From assembly GCA_021161765.1 (NCBI GenBank), contig JAGGZZ010000081.1:1-39404 (forward strand): a stretch of 39,404 bases of DNA, given 5' to 3'. Numbering within the stretch: the first letter of the stretch is position 1; every line of letters starts with the position of its first letter. The position numbers and the translations under genes are program-made. The stretch comes from Candidatus Methanophagales archaeon (GTDB lineage Archaea > Halobacteriota > Syntropharchaeia > Alkanophagales > Methanospirareceae). Positions 39,211 through 39,404 of this stretch are shown here, one piece after another. The notes below the pieces were generated by a model that saw only the letters and a program-made list of their open reading frames with translations, did no database searches and was not told where the DNA came from.

Positions 39211-39396
39211 TTACAGCAATCCCTTCTCTATCAACGTCCTCATCGTTCGGTCACAGGCAGTTGTAGCACGTGAAACAGCTCTTCCAAGGTTTGCATACGC
39301 CGCATCATAATCTCCTTCCTCTATCTTCCTTTTTACCTCCATTACTTTTTCTTCTACCTGCATGAATTCTTGCATTCCTGTTGCGTTCAGTGCCAT
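39211..39396 (-). CDS. Hypothetical small helical protein
   Basis: This is a 61-aa ATG ORF. It carries an EEGDYDAAYANLGRA motif similar to the helix-pair motif of 9868..10239. Confidence 0.35.
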   Translation of the reverse strand: MALNATGMQEFMQVEEKVMEVKRKIEEGDYDAAYANLGRAVSRATTACDRTMRTLIEKGLL

Positions 39397-39404
39397 TCCC
39401 GTCT

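Overview
This is a chromosomal segment of a euryarchaeon, methanogen- or ANME-like (Methanomicrobia-type gene content). It is densely coding on both strands and no CRISPR array or tRNA gene was found. Housekeeping genes I could support are listed here. They are a LeuB/ICDH-family dehydrogenase (3' part, with an in-frame TGA), a crotonase, an HDAC-family deacetylase, an FkbM methyltransferase and a ferredoxin. Also present are argF, cdhC and cdhD (acetyl-CoA decarbonylase/synthase beta and delta), aroA, rps27ae, rps24e, spt4, rpoE', ppsA, a CDF transporter, archaetidylserine synthase and an OB+HD nuclease. The remainder are dapB, RNase Z, an RNase P RNA gene (not in the ORF track), ftsZ, cetZ, trm1, secD and an AsnB-like/Dph6-like fusion. 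Accessory material includes a 1024-aa secreted beta-helix protein, two tandem PaREP1 (HEPN-like) paralogs, a small overlapping two-gene cassette, a decayed HEPN/DUF86 remnant between cdhC and cdhD, and a roughly 2.4 kb islet of zinc-ribbon and broken ORFs with transposase-HTH remnants. The most striking unannotated signal is a composite intergenic element present in at least 10 copies. It has two roughly 30-nt arms built from 10-nt-phased CACAGATTAA-type units in hairpin arrangement, followed by a TTAAATAGAAGGAAG promoter-like end. Its orientation always matches the flanking genes: the first arm abuts or overlaps gene 3' ends and the promoter-like end sits upstream of the next start codon. Other points worth follow-up are an ftsZ / PRC-barrel / cetZ neighbourhood, the AsnB-Dph6 fusion, and RNase P RNA overlapping the 3' end of RNase Z in antisense. 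All family assignments are from motif recognition by eye, and no database search could be run.
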